Assembly (NCBI GenBank): GCA_013265495.1
Contig: MU058289.1
Span: 186,001 to 250,000, forward strand
Direction: 5' to 3'
DNA length: 64,000 nt
DNA from: Vicugna vicugna
Taxonomy: Eukaryota
Both the position numbers and the translations under genes were made by a program. Positions 1 to 12,239 of the stretch are shown here, piece after piece; the stretch's first letter is position 1; every line of letters begins with the position of its first letter. The notes below the pieces were generated by a model. It was not told the origin of the DNA. It saw only the letters and a program-made list of their open reading frames with translations, and did not search any database.

Positions 1-330
1 ATAAACACGGTACCTGTAAAGGTGCAGATGCGTAAAACAGCAGGGGTAGACGATTAACTGCAGGTGGTGAACGGGGCGAGCGGAAGAAGGGGAGGGTTGT
101 GTAGAGAAGTGAGTATGGTCCAGGCTCGGTAAGAGCCTACAACTGCCCGTTCACCATCTCTACTAATTAGAGTCATCTCAAATTCAAAACACCCGAAACC
201 AAGCTCCTGATTTTGTCTCTCCCAAAACCTTCCATAACGTTTCCTATCTTAGTTAATAGCTTTCCATTTTTCATGTTGTTCAGGCTAGAAACCCTTAGCG
301 TCATGCTTATCTCCTACCTTTCCTCAAACC

Positions 331-994
331 TGAGAAAGCAAAAATTAGCCTGAACTGTTAAAAAAAAAAAGGCACCCCCCATCATTTATTTAACAGACAC
401 GGGAAAAGCCAGCTGAAGAGTTAATAGGAAAAAATATTGTTATATTTTTCTCAGGGACGTTGCTGCACATGTAAAGTGAAGAAACTCCTCATCTTTGAAT
501 GACTACTGCTTTCTTACTAGGAAGCTTTGTTTTCTAAAGTCATAGGTTATCGCAGACTTTGCTGTTTGAAATTACATCAGTAAGAATGAAACATCTTACC
601 TAGGGCCGGGAAAAGTTGTCACTTTGACACAGAATAGCAACCTTGGTTTACAATCCAGGTGCTAAGCTTTGCGTAAGGGGTTTCTGGACACAGTATTTCA
701 CATCTATCCAAACTTTATTGCTTCCAAGGAGACAGGCCCCTGAGCCCACTTTGCCATCTAGACCTGATTTTGATCCCACAGTTCTCTTTGCTTTGAACCT
801 ATCTAAACTCTATTTCATTTACACCTCACCTGAATTTCACTCATCTCCCAAACTCAAAAACTTTTTTCCTCTGTTTGGCAAGGCTTCCTCACAGGACCTC
901 TGGTGTGCAGTCTCCCTTATTGCCCTGGTAAATAAACCAATTTCTTGGACTTCCCCTTCCAATTGCGCTATTTTATTGGCCTCTTCATTCGTCA
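331..994 (+). mobile_element. Probable LTR inserted in an L2 fragment (THAP8 intron 1)
   Basis: TG...CA bounded ~660-bp segment with AATAAA at 931-936, flanked by L2-like sequence; no clear TSD. Confidence 0.4.
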
Positions 995-3900
995 GCCTGC
1001 TCCCACAGTCTGTCCCCCACACACAGTCACAGGGAAACTGTGAACACCAGAGTCATATCAGGGCCCTCCTTATCTCAGGTCCCTCCCCTGACTCCTACTT
1101 GACTCTGTAAAAGCCAAGACAGGCTGGCACAGGCACAAAACAGGCCTACAAAGTCTTACAGGAGCTGATCCCCTTATCTCCCTCCTGCCCCTCCCTCAGT
1201 CTGCCTGTTGGATATTCCGCTAGCTCATCAGGCACATTATTGCTCCAGGGCCTTTGCCTGTGCCATTTCCTCTGCCTGGAAAGTTCTTCCCTTTATGACC
1301 ACCACTCTGTAAAATGATAGCCCTCTCCCGGTCCTACATATTCTCACTACTTGCCTCCTGTTTTATTTTTCCCTTTAACACAACTGTCCGGCATACCACA
1401 TATTAGATATATTCATTTATTGCCTCCTCCACTAGAATGTCAGCTCCAGGAAGGCAGGGATTTTTGTCTGTCTGACTCCCTGGGGTGTCCTCAGCACTTA
1501 TAACAGTGCCTGGCACATAGTGGATATTTAGTAAATTCTTTTTGGATGGAATAAATGAATGCATTTCAGATGGGCTCCCCAGGAAACCCAGCACTGTGTC
1601 CCAGCTATCCCTTGAGGGACCCTGGTTCAGGGAAGGAGGAGTGCAGAGGAGTCTTTGAACCTGAATCAGTATGCCCAGACTTGCTTTTAAAAATCTATCA
1701 CTCTGGCACTGTTTATTAATTCAGCAGCTCTAGGTGTCTCCTGGAGTAAGTAAGCCCCTGCTGGACACCGGGACCCTGACCGATCTTGCTCTTGCTCTTG
1801 CTCATGAGTAGGTGAGGGGTCAGACACTGAAGAACTGAGTACACAACTTGATTCGTTCTTTTCCTCAGCACTACTGCTCCCAATCTAGTCCCTTAACCCA
1901 TCCATTGACTCTACCTACCAGTGCATCCCCAACCTGCAGCAAGCACAGCAAAACACCTAACACCTTGGCTATACAGCTATAAATGCAAATGGCAGGCTCC
2001 TAACTAAACTATTAGGAAATAAGAGGGAAAAACCCACAATCCAGGTCTGACCACTTCTTAATCACCTCCACTGTCGCAGCGTAGTCCAGGCTACCATCAT
2101 CTCTTAGCGGGACACTGTGATAGCTGCCTGCTAGTCTCCCTGCTTCCCATGCTTGCCTCCCTTACAGCTACAATAGCTTACTTAGAGAACACTTATTGTT
2201 TGCCAGGTACTCTTCTCAGTGCTTCACATATAATAATGAGAACAGTGACAACTCTACTTAGCAGCCAGTAACCATATAAAAAGCAGTTCCTGTCTGTTTA
2301 AATCCCACCAGGCTGTTCCTCACCCAGGCTAAGCCATTCCCACCTCAAGGCCCCTCCCTGAATTTTGATAAGAGTTGAGTGAGAAGCAGTTTTCAAAGGA
2401 GATTCAAGAGCAGGCATAGATGCTAGCCCAGAAGAAGGTGAAACATTGAAGGAAGTGACTCCTAGGAGATAACTGGAAAGTCCTGCCTGGGTGCCAGAGG
2501 AAGCATTCATTAGCTGTGTTTTAGCCTCTTTTAGGAACAACTGACAGTCATCTCTCATGGGGGAGCCTGTCATGCAGGAATTGCATCTGTCTGGCAGTTC
2601 ACAAAGTCCTGAAATGATAGCAGCTTAACCAAATTATGGGGTCTGTAGGAATCAGTATGGTTACATTATGGTACAGTAACAAACTCACAAAATCTCAGTG
2701 GCTTACTGCAACAGAGATTTATTTCTCACTCACACTAGGATCCTTTGCAGGCCATGTGTGGCCCTGCTCTGCTGTATCTTAACTGGAGACTCTGGCTGAA
2801 GGAGCTGCTCCTACATAGAACGTTGCTGGTCTTTTTGTGTGTGTATGTGGAGGGATGGATAGGAAGAGAAAATAGAGAGAATCACCCCATGGCTCCTGGT
2901 ACACTGTATGTTTAGAAGTGGCCCATGTCACTTTTACTGCTCTGGCCAAAGCAAGTCTATAGCAAGCCTCAGGTCAGTGGAGTGGAAAATGTGTATCTTA
3001 GTGTGGGGCAGGGTAGCAAATGTTTTCAACAATAGTACAGTCTACCATAAGGTTTGTTTTTCTCTCATATGCAACAAGTAGAGAGGTTGGCAGACCAACA
3101 CTGGTGTGGCAGCTCCAGTCATCAGGGATGAGGGTCCCATCTTTCATGTCATCCTTGGCACGAGCTTCTGCCCAAGATGGCTGCCGGGTGTCCCAGCGAT
3201 CAGGCCCTACGATTCCTGTTAGAGAGGAAAGAGAAGGGAGGAAGAGCAAAAGGGGCTCAACTCTGTACTGAGCCAGTCCCCTTACAAAGCCAACCCAGCA
3301 AGCCAACCCGAGGGTGAGTTCTTCATCATTGGTTACACCCAATTCCCAGCAAAGGAGGCTGGGAAATGTAGTCTTTTAGCTGGGCATTTAACCACCCTGA
3401 AGACATTTTGAGTTATATTAGTAATGAAGAAGAGAACTAGCAGTGCTCTAGATGGGATGACCGGCAAGACTGAAATATTCTACAAAAGTGGACTGGTTGT
3501 CCGCTTAAGGTAGATTTTTAGAGGAGGACATTTTCCACTATAAATGTTGCCATCCGGAGAAACAAAAGAGAATGAAAACAAGATCAAATTAGGAAGAGTT
3601 GTTTGGTTTTTTAAAAAATGATACTCGCTTTCCTCCTTTGCCCCTTGAGCTACTTCTGATTCCGTTTCAAGGTACCATCCTTCACGTTCAAGGTACCATC
3701 CCAGATGTCCCACACAACACACAAGTATTCACTGGCCAGAACTTAGTTACAGGGCCCCACCGATGGCAGAGGAAGCTAGGAAACAGTTGTTCAGCAGGGC
3801 ACAACATTGTGGCCTCGGGAAAAGTTGTGGAAGTTGCAGTTTGTTAGTTAAGGAAGAAGACGAGCATGCGTACGGAGTAATCAGTTGGCAGTCTCTGCCC

Positions 3901-5734
3901 AGGAGCGGGTGGGAAGTGCTGCTACAAGGGATTTTATGTGCCCGTCCAGGCAGAATGAGGCTGGTGAAAGCATTTGGATCTCAGATTGAGGCTGAAGGAA
4001 CTGCAGCAGCCAGAGTCCCTGGCTCTGTGCCTGGGGGTTCTGCTCTTTGGATGCTGCGGCTCTTCTCTGAGTCAGCCCTTGCCCCCCCCCCCACTTCCCT
4101 CTCTTCTGCCTTTTGCCAGAGAAGTCTTGCTTTTCTGCCCCTGCCACCAACCTCTGCCCACCCGATCCACCTCCTCCCCGAGAGTGGCCTCTTTAGTTTC
4201 TTATGTGTCTTTCCCAGTGTTTCTCCATGCAAATACAAGCAAATCTGAATGTATGTTCTTATTTCCCCCTTCATTAGTTTTCTGTAGCTGCTGTTACAAA
4301 CATGGTGACTGAACAGGAATTATTCTCTCACAATCCAGATCAGTTTTACTAGGCCAAAATCAAAGGGTCAACTCTACACACACATATGTGCATAGAAAAC
4401 TGGCAAAATCTGAGTAAGATTTGTGTAGTTGTACCAACGGCAATTTCCTGGTTTTGTTTTTGTTGTTGAGACATTACTGTTGGGGGAGACTGACTGAAGA
4501 GTACACAGGACTTCTTTGTACTTCTTTTTAAGCTTACTGTGAATCTATTTCAAAATAAAACAATAATAACAAAAAAAGAAATCTTGTGAAATCAAGGTGT
4601 CAGCAAGGCTGCATTCGCTGGGAGGCTCCAGGGGAAAATCTGTCCCTTGTATCTTCCAGTTTCTGGTGTCGTCAGGCATTCCTTGGCTCGTGGCCATCAC
4701 TCCAATCTCTGATTCCGCGGTCACATTGCCTTCCCCTCTTTCATCTGTGGTAATATATTCTTCTGCCTCCCTCTTATAAGAATACTTGTGATTGCATTTA
4801 GGGCCAATGGGGATGATCTAGGATGATTTCCCCGTCTCAAGATCCTTAGCTTAATTACATCTTTTGTCATGAGTTGTAATATTCACAGGTTCCAGGGATT
4901 AGGATATGGATATCTTTTTTGGTGGGGGGCATGACTCAGCCTACCACAATTGCTAAATGCTGATATATTACTATATTTGGAACCTTGCTTTTTTCACATA
5001 ATATTTGCCAAAACAGTAGCATGTCAGTTCATACAGTGCCTTCAGTCTGTTTCACAGCTGTATAGTATTCCTTTGTGTGCACATGCCAGAGTTTATTTTT
5101 CTCCTAAGAATAGTGCTGTTCCCCACTCTCTAACACTCCTTACTCTTCCTTTTTAACAAAGAGAGAACAGCCAGTAAAGGTATCCGGGTGTTTTTATGGT
5201 TAACTCCTATTTATGGAATTGATACTGGTTTTCCATTTTCAGGGGGTATAAAGTTTCTAAAAGGTATCCTTGTTTAATACTTAAAGTTGGTCCATTTTAA
5301 GAAAAATATTAAGTAAAGTCACAGATATGGAAGACACTATGAAGGTGGGATGTGGATGACGGACTGTATTAGTTACCTAATGCTACATACAAACTATCCC
5401 CAAAATTAGCAGCTTAAAATAAACCTTTTCTCACAGTTTCTGGCAGCTGCCGTAAAACAGAGACTTGCCCGGCCTTAATCATGTGGCCACCCCTAGCTGC
5501 AAATGAACCTGAGAAATGAGCTCTTTATTGTGGGCAGCCTTGAGCCCAGGTCTAAACAGAAAGTATATTGCTATAAAAGAGGGCAAAAACAGATGTTGGG
5601 GACAATGGCACCAAGTCACAGGAGTAGTGGGACACCTGTAGAGGGTGCCTTTTCAGATAATCCCCACCCACTCCCACTGGGAAAGCTTTTATTTAGTTCA
5701 TTTTATAAAAAAAAATTTTTAATTAAAAAATGTT

Positions 5735-6560
5735 TAATTGTGGAAAGACATATAAAATCTACCATATTAACCATTTTAAAGTTCATTAGTATTAAGCATA
5801 TTCACATTGTTGTGCAACCCATCTCCAGAACTTTTTCATCTTGCAAAACTGAAACTCTGTACCCACTGAACAAGAACAGCCTCTGGCAACTACTGTCCTA
5901 CTTTCTGTGAATCTGACTACTCTAGATAACTCATACAAGTGGAGTCATACAGTATTTGGGGGTTTTGTGAGTGGTTTATTTCACTTACCATAATGTACTG
6001 AAGGTTCATCCACATTATAGCATGAGTCAAAATTGCCTTCTGTTTAACGCTGAATAATATTTCATTGAATGTATATACCACATTTTGCTGATCTATTCAT
6101 TTGCTGATGGACCCTTAGGTTTCTTCCTACCTTTTGGCTATTGTAAATAATGCTATTAACACGAGTGTGCAAATATCTCTTCAAGACCCTGCTTTCAGTT
6201 TTGGGGGCCTATATCCAGAACTGGGATTGCTGGATCCTAAGGTAATTCTATTTTCAATTTTTTGAGGAACCATCATACTACTTTTCAGGGGCTGCTCCAT
6301 TTTACATTCCCACCAGCAGTGCCCAGGGTTCCAGTTTCTGCACATCTTTGCCAACATTTGTTATTTTGTTTTTTTAAATAGTAGCCATTCTAATGGTTAT
6401 GAGGTGATACCTGTGGTTTTGATTGGCATTTTCCTAATGATAAATGATGTTGAGCATCTTTTCATATGCTAGTTTGCCATTGTATCTTTGGAGAAATATC
6501 TATTCAAGTCCTTTTCCCCATTTTTCAATTGGGTTATTGTTTTTGTTGTTGTTGTTAAGT
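5735..6560 (-). mobile_element. L1 (L1M-type) 3' fragment
   Basis: Characteristic antisense L1 3'-end text (catctccagaactttttcatcttgcaaaactgaaactc; tttacattcccaccagcagtg; gatgttgagcatcttttcat), recognised from memory. Confidence 0.7.
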
Positions 6561-7376
6561 TGCTTAAAAACCTTTTGATGTGTTTTCAAGCATACACAAA
6601 AAATAGAGTTGTTGATAAATGAATCCTCATGTATCCATTACTCAATTTACACCAGTTGTCAACATTTTGCTAATCTTTTTTGTATACCTTCCTCCCACAT
6701 ACACCTTTAATGCAATATTTTAAAGTAAATTCCAGACATTAGGTATTTTATCCATAAGTATTTCAGAATATTTTCCCAATAGATGACTATTTTAGAAGCT
6801 TAAACCAATACAATTATCATGCATACCAAAATTAATTTCTTGCAATTATCTAATACCCAGTTCATGTTCAGTTTCCCCCAACTGTGTTAAAATGTCTTTT
6901 TGCAGAATGGTTTGTTGCAACCCCTGCCTTTGGGTTGATGTTTCTTAAATCTCTTTTAATCCATAATTCCACCCCCACAGCCATGAATGTGGAGTCTTCC
7001 ACATTCTAGATTTGTCCAATTTTGTAAACTGCTCCCTTAGGTTCATGTGGAGGAGCAGACTGGGGGCCCAGGGGTGGGAGGGAGAGTGGCAGTGGATAGG
7101 GAAACTAGGAAGGGGCTGTTACAAAAACCCACCCAGGAGAGGACAGAGGCTGGGTGCGAGGGACAGCCAGGGTGGGAGAGGTAGGCTGATGCCAGGTGTT
7201 TAAAAGATGGAGAGCCTAAGGAGTGGATGTGGGGAGGAGGTAGAGAGCCTGGTTGGGAGGCTGGGCCAGATTCTGGCCCAGGGGAGGCCGAGATTTGGAG
7301 TCCGTGGACCTCGGGTGTTTGTGGGGCGTGTCCGTAGCGAGGACCTGATATCGCTGACCACCCCCCCCCCCGGCAG

Positions 7377-9734
7377 GTTCCCACTGAAGGATGGCCCCCG
7401 GCTGCAGGCCTGGTTGAGGCACATGGGCCGGGAGCACTGGGTGCCCAGCTGCCATCAGCACCTGTGCAGCGAGCACTTCGCCCCCTCCTGCTTCCAGTGG
7501 CGCTGGGGTGTGCGCTACCTACGGCCAGATGCTGTGCCCTCCATTTTCTCCCGGGCGCCGCCCGCCAAGGTGAGCTCAGGGAGGTCCCGCTGCTGAAGTC
7601 TGATCCCCAGGCCTCCCCTCCTGCGGGAAGTCCCTCCTGGAGTCTGACTCTCAGCCCCCCCTCCTAAGAGAAGAAGTTCTTCCCTGAGGTCTAGCCTTAC
7701 AGAGGGAAGTCCTTCCTGGAGTCTGATCCCGAACCCTCCACTCCTGAGGAAATCTCCCTTGGAGCCCAGCCCTGATGTCCCCCACCCCCACCCCGTGCTT
7801 TGTCTTCCAGAGGCAGCAGAATGCCCGGAGCGCCGAGAAACCAGTCCTGCCTGCGCCTCCGCAGGAGGCCACGTCCCAGTCCCCTGCCCCAGCGGTCCCA
7901 GCGTCTGGCCCTGTACACCTTGTGGTGCTGGGGCCAGCATCCGGAGGCCCCGAGGCCCCCGCCACCGTGTTCCTGACGCCCCTGCCGGCTCCCAAGGGGC
8001 CGCGCCCTGGAGTCTCGGCCCAGCACCCCCGGGCGGGGCTGGGCGCGGCGCTGGGAGCGCTGCAGCGGCGGGTGCGGCGGCTCCAGCGGCGCCACGAGCG
8101 GCACCAGGCGCAGCTGCGGGCTCTGGAACAGCTGGCGCAGCAGCTGCGCGCCGAGAGCCTGCTGGCGCGCGCGCGCCGGGGCCTGCTGTGCGCGGTGAGT
8201 GCCCCCGCCTGGCCCACCCGCCTGCGGTCCCCTTTATACCGGAGTCCAGTCCTTAGAACATTTCACCCGTGTTTCCAAATTTCGGGCTTGAAAAAACCGA
8301 TCTGGCAATGGCAAGCAACTATCGGTAGGAGCTGAGTAGTGGCCGCCCCGTTTATTAATAATAATATTTAAGAAGCCTTTATTCTCTGCCAGACATAGTT
8401 AATAACTCATTGAAAGCTCTCCATGACCTTGATATTGCTCTTGTGCCCATTTTCCAGATGAAAAAACCAAAGCACAGAGTGGTCCAGTATTTTGCCCAAA
8501 GTCAGTAAGTGGCAGAGCAGGGATTCAAACCCTGGTGTCTGGCTCCAGAGGAGGCCTGTGCTCTTCTCTTGGAGGGCTCCCTGCCTGGCAGGTAAAGAAC
8601 TTGAGTCTGCAACTCTATCCTAGTCTTCCGGGCCGGATCTAAGGACCCTTTGCCCTTCTATTTTACCGCTGAGTATTTTCCAGGGCTGGGGGTTGGGGGG
8701 ATCGTGTGTTTAAAAATCAAAGTTCAACCAGGTGTGTTCCCTGCTTCAAACTCCAGGGTCAAGCTTGAGGTCCCAGGTCCCAGGTTCCTGCCTGGACAAG
8801 GGAAGTGGGAGGGGGTTTCAGAAAGCCCCTGAGGTCCCTCGGTAGCTGACACCAGTGGGTTGGACCTAGCCCACAGACATGAATTATTTGGCCTCTACAA
8901 TGCTTTAAAACATTTTCTGGTCTTTCCTGAAGGCTCAGCAGACCTAGCAGCAGGGAGTTCCTATCCCCAGACAGTAGCAGTCAGCTGGAGCTCCAGTGGC
9001 TGCCCCTGGAGACCGGGGCCTGAACCATGCCGGGGCACAAGAGGGACACACAGTGGGGCGAGGACAGAACTCAGACCCAGGCCTGGGGCTCTTCACCGAG
9101 CCTGCTGGGGCCCCTGGGCTGACAGCGTCTTTCTCTGCCTCTCCTGCCCCCATTCCATCCCTGTCTCCCCAATCTCTTCCTCTCTCCCCCACATTCACCT
9201 TTGTCTTTCTGCCCCCCATCTCTCTGTCATCCATTTATCTTCCCCCTTCCCCATGTCTCTCTTCTTCTGTATCTTTGTCTCATATCTATGTCCCTGTCTC
9301 TCTGTGCCTACATTTCTCCCATCCCCCATATCTCTCTCTCCCTGTCTTTGTCCCCCCACATCTCTCTCCCTGTTTTCCCACACCTCTTAATTCCCTCCTG
9401 AGTGTCTCTCTGATTCTCACATCTCTTTCCTCACATCTCTTCTGTTTCCTGACACCCTCCCTTCCATCTCTACCTCCCTGTTTCTCACCATTTCTCCCCC
9501 TGCCCAACCTTTTCCTTCCCTCCTTCCCTCCTCTCACTTCCCTCGTTCCCCTGTGTCCTCCATCTCTACCACTTCTTTGCCTGGGCGGCCTAGCACCCTG
9601 GACCTGAGGAATCCCAAGCCTTCACCATCATCTGTGGAGGGCCCGAAATAGCTGTGGTCCTTGCCCAAGGTCCTGCACCTCCCACACTGGACGCCAAGCC
9701 TGAGCTCCTGGACACTCAGACTCCCAGTGTATAA
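7377..9734 (+). CDS. THAP8: THAP domain-containing protein 8, 5'-partial (exons 2-4; exon 1 upstream of window)
   Basis: Exons 7377-7569, 7811-8194 and 9594-9734 have AG/GT boundaries and compatible phases. Exon 2 encodes the THAP zinc-finger C-terminal half (FPLKDGPRLQAWLRHMG...HLCSEHF...LRPDAVPSIF). Exon 3 is Pro-rich plus a coiled coil (LGALQRRVRRLQRRHERHQAQL). Exon 4 reads HPGPEESQAFTIICGGPEIAVVL...PSV, stop TAA 9732-9734. Matches recalled human THAP8. Confidence 0.95.
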
Positions 9735-11639
9735 GCACCAGGACAGAGAATGTCGTGGGACAGATGATAGAAGAGAGAGGAAGAGAGACGCGTCGCACAT
9801 GGAATTGGCCCAGTCCCACCACCCATGCCGGGGGCATAGTAGTGCCTCCCTCCAGGGCCTGGATCCCACCACCTCCTCTTATGAATCCCTTGCACCTACC
9901 TTAGGGCCAACCTGGGCCTAAGACCCGACCCCTGTCAGCAGCGATTACGTGGGTACCAGATCCCTGCCAACCCCAGCTTGAATCTTTGCAGTCAGCAAAA
10001 CATCCTCTGAGTAGAACAAGGGTTGAGTGTTTGGGGAGAGTTGTACCTGGTTTTGAAGAGCACCTCATACCCTTTGCTGAGCCTGGTGCCAAGCTGGGGA
10101 TATGGCAGTGAACACAGCTGACAAAAATCCTGTTCTCATGGTGCTCACATTCTGCTTGAGTAGAAGATGAACTAGTAAACTAATAAACAAGACAATTTCA
10201 GATTGTGATTAAGTGCTATAAAGATGAATGAAAATGTAATGGGCTGTGGGAGGGGGAGGACTGTCTTAAGGAGAGTGTTTGAGCGGAGACCGGGATGATG
10301 AGAAGGAACTGGCCTAGAAGTTCCAGGGAGAAGAACCCCTGCACATGCCCCAACATCTACGGTGTAAACTGGGGAAGGGCAGCATTGCTATGGAGAACAC
10401 TAAAGCAGGGAAGGAAGTGAGTATGTCGAGGGGAAAGGGGGAGTTGGGATGCAATTTTTGATGGAGCAGAGAAGGTCTCATTGAAAAGACACCAATAAGC
10501 AAAAACCTGAGAGGAGAAAGGGAACCAGGTATCTGGGGGAAGAACATTCCAGCAGAAGGAAGAGCCGGTGTGAAGGCACTGGGGTGAGGAGGAGCAAGTG
10601 AGGTCAGCGTGGCTAGAGTGGAGTGAGAGGAGGTGAGATTGGAGAGATAATGGGAAAGTTCATATAGGGTCTTGTGCGCTGTGGTTGGGAACATTGGCTT
10701 TTACCTGGAGTAAGGTCCAGAAAGCAGATACCTCAAGGAGGACGCTGATGTAAAAGGTGTTCCTAGGTACCTATAGCTGCATATGGGGTGGGCGTGGTGA
10801 GGAGGGAGCAGGGAGAACAGGGGAGGCTGCTGCCATAGTCCAGGTGGTAGAGATGAAGGAAAGACCAGGATGAGGGCCTGGGGTTAGGGGTGAGGGATGA
10901 AATTCTGGAAATATTTTTGGTGGAGCTACTGGGCCTGCCCATTAGAAGGATGGAGGGTTGAAGGCAAAGTCAGCCGTTCTTGTTCAGGTTGGGAAGATTG
11001 TGGGCAGTGCAGGCTAGAGACAGGTATGACAGCTAAGCCATGACGATGGAAACAAGAAAGCCTGGGCCCTGGGCTGGCTCCTGGAGGCCCTTCTGCGGAA
11101 AGGGTCCACTGGCAGATCTATCCCCTAGACACCGCCAAAGCCATGTAGCATGGGGACTAAAAGCCCAGACTCAACAGGTAAGCCCCTTGGATTCAAGTCT
11201 TAACTCCATCACCTACTTGCTGTGTGCCCTTGGGCAAGTGGCTTAACTTCTCTGGGCCTGGTAAGTGCGGTGTGGTTACTATGCGATGATAATGACAATG
11301 AAAATGATCTCTACAGAATCATCTGAGACATCCCTTGTATACGGCGAGCATGGGGAGGGGATCAGGTCTGATATGTGAGGGAGATAAAATACCCATCACC
11401 ATCACACACCGAGACCTCTACCCTAACTGGCCTGGTTCGGGGCCCGCGAGAAGGCGCTATCACAGCGGGATGGGCAAAACGAACTATACCCATTTTCCCA
11501 TCCCTCTCTTTGCGCTCTTGTCCCTGCTTCATCTTTCTCCTTCTGTCTCCATGTCTCACATCCTTCTTCGTGGCTATTTCTTCTTCCTCTCCCCATCCTA
11601 GGTGTCTATCCCCTTTGCATCGCTGCCTCCAGCCCTTTC

Positions 11640-11865
11640 ATCAATGCGAACAGCCTGGCGGTATCTCCGCCCCCGCGCCTGGTTGGGGGTGACACAGCGC
11701 ATGCGCCGTCAGCGCCCCTCCCTCTCCACCCCCACCCCTCTTCGGCGTCTGGGCCTCGTCCCCTTCTCTCTGTCTCCTTCTCCCCCATCACTTCTCCCGG
11801 CACTGACACCCCATTACTCCAATTCCCCGGGTCTCAGCTTTGGTCTCCAGCCCCATCCACCCGAG
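11640..11865 (+). promoter_or_regulatory. CLIP3: CLIP3 CpG-rich promoter and non-coding exon 1
   Basis: CpG-rich; NRF1-like GCGCATGCGC at 11697-11706; splice donor GAG|GTAAGC after 11865; exon 2 acceptor at 12179-12180. TSS position is approximate. Confidence 0.65.
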
Positions 11866-12239
11866 GTAAGCTGGGTAGAGGGAGGCCTGCGGAGAAGGGG
11901 AGGGGCAAAGCATCCTGCATCCTGAGATAAACAAACCCGGGGAGGGGGCGGCCTATACTGAGGGGCCTGACGCGGGAGAAGAATGGGAGACAGGACCGGG
12001 TAATGGAAGTGGTAGGCGCTGGACCCATATACCAGGGTCCTCTGATGGATGACTGGCGTCTCTGTGATGCCCCCAAATCCAGAGCTGGGGGCGTGGGAGC
12101 CACCCGGAGCCCTGGAAGCGTCTGGGGTCTCAGATTCCAGAGACCGTGGGGCACCCTCTCTAGCTAACCTCTGCCCCTAGGATTTGCCTGACGGCTGCCC
12201 CCAACTCTGCACCTGCCCCCCTGAGGGCCACCAAGGACC

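Noticed and set aside
8860..9607. 176- and 203-aa Leu/Ser/Pro ORFs
   Set aside because: They translate a CT-rich low-complexity THAP8 intron.
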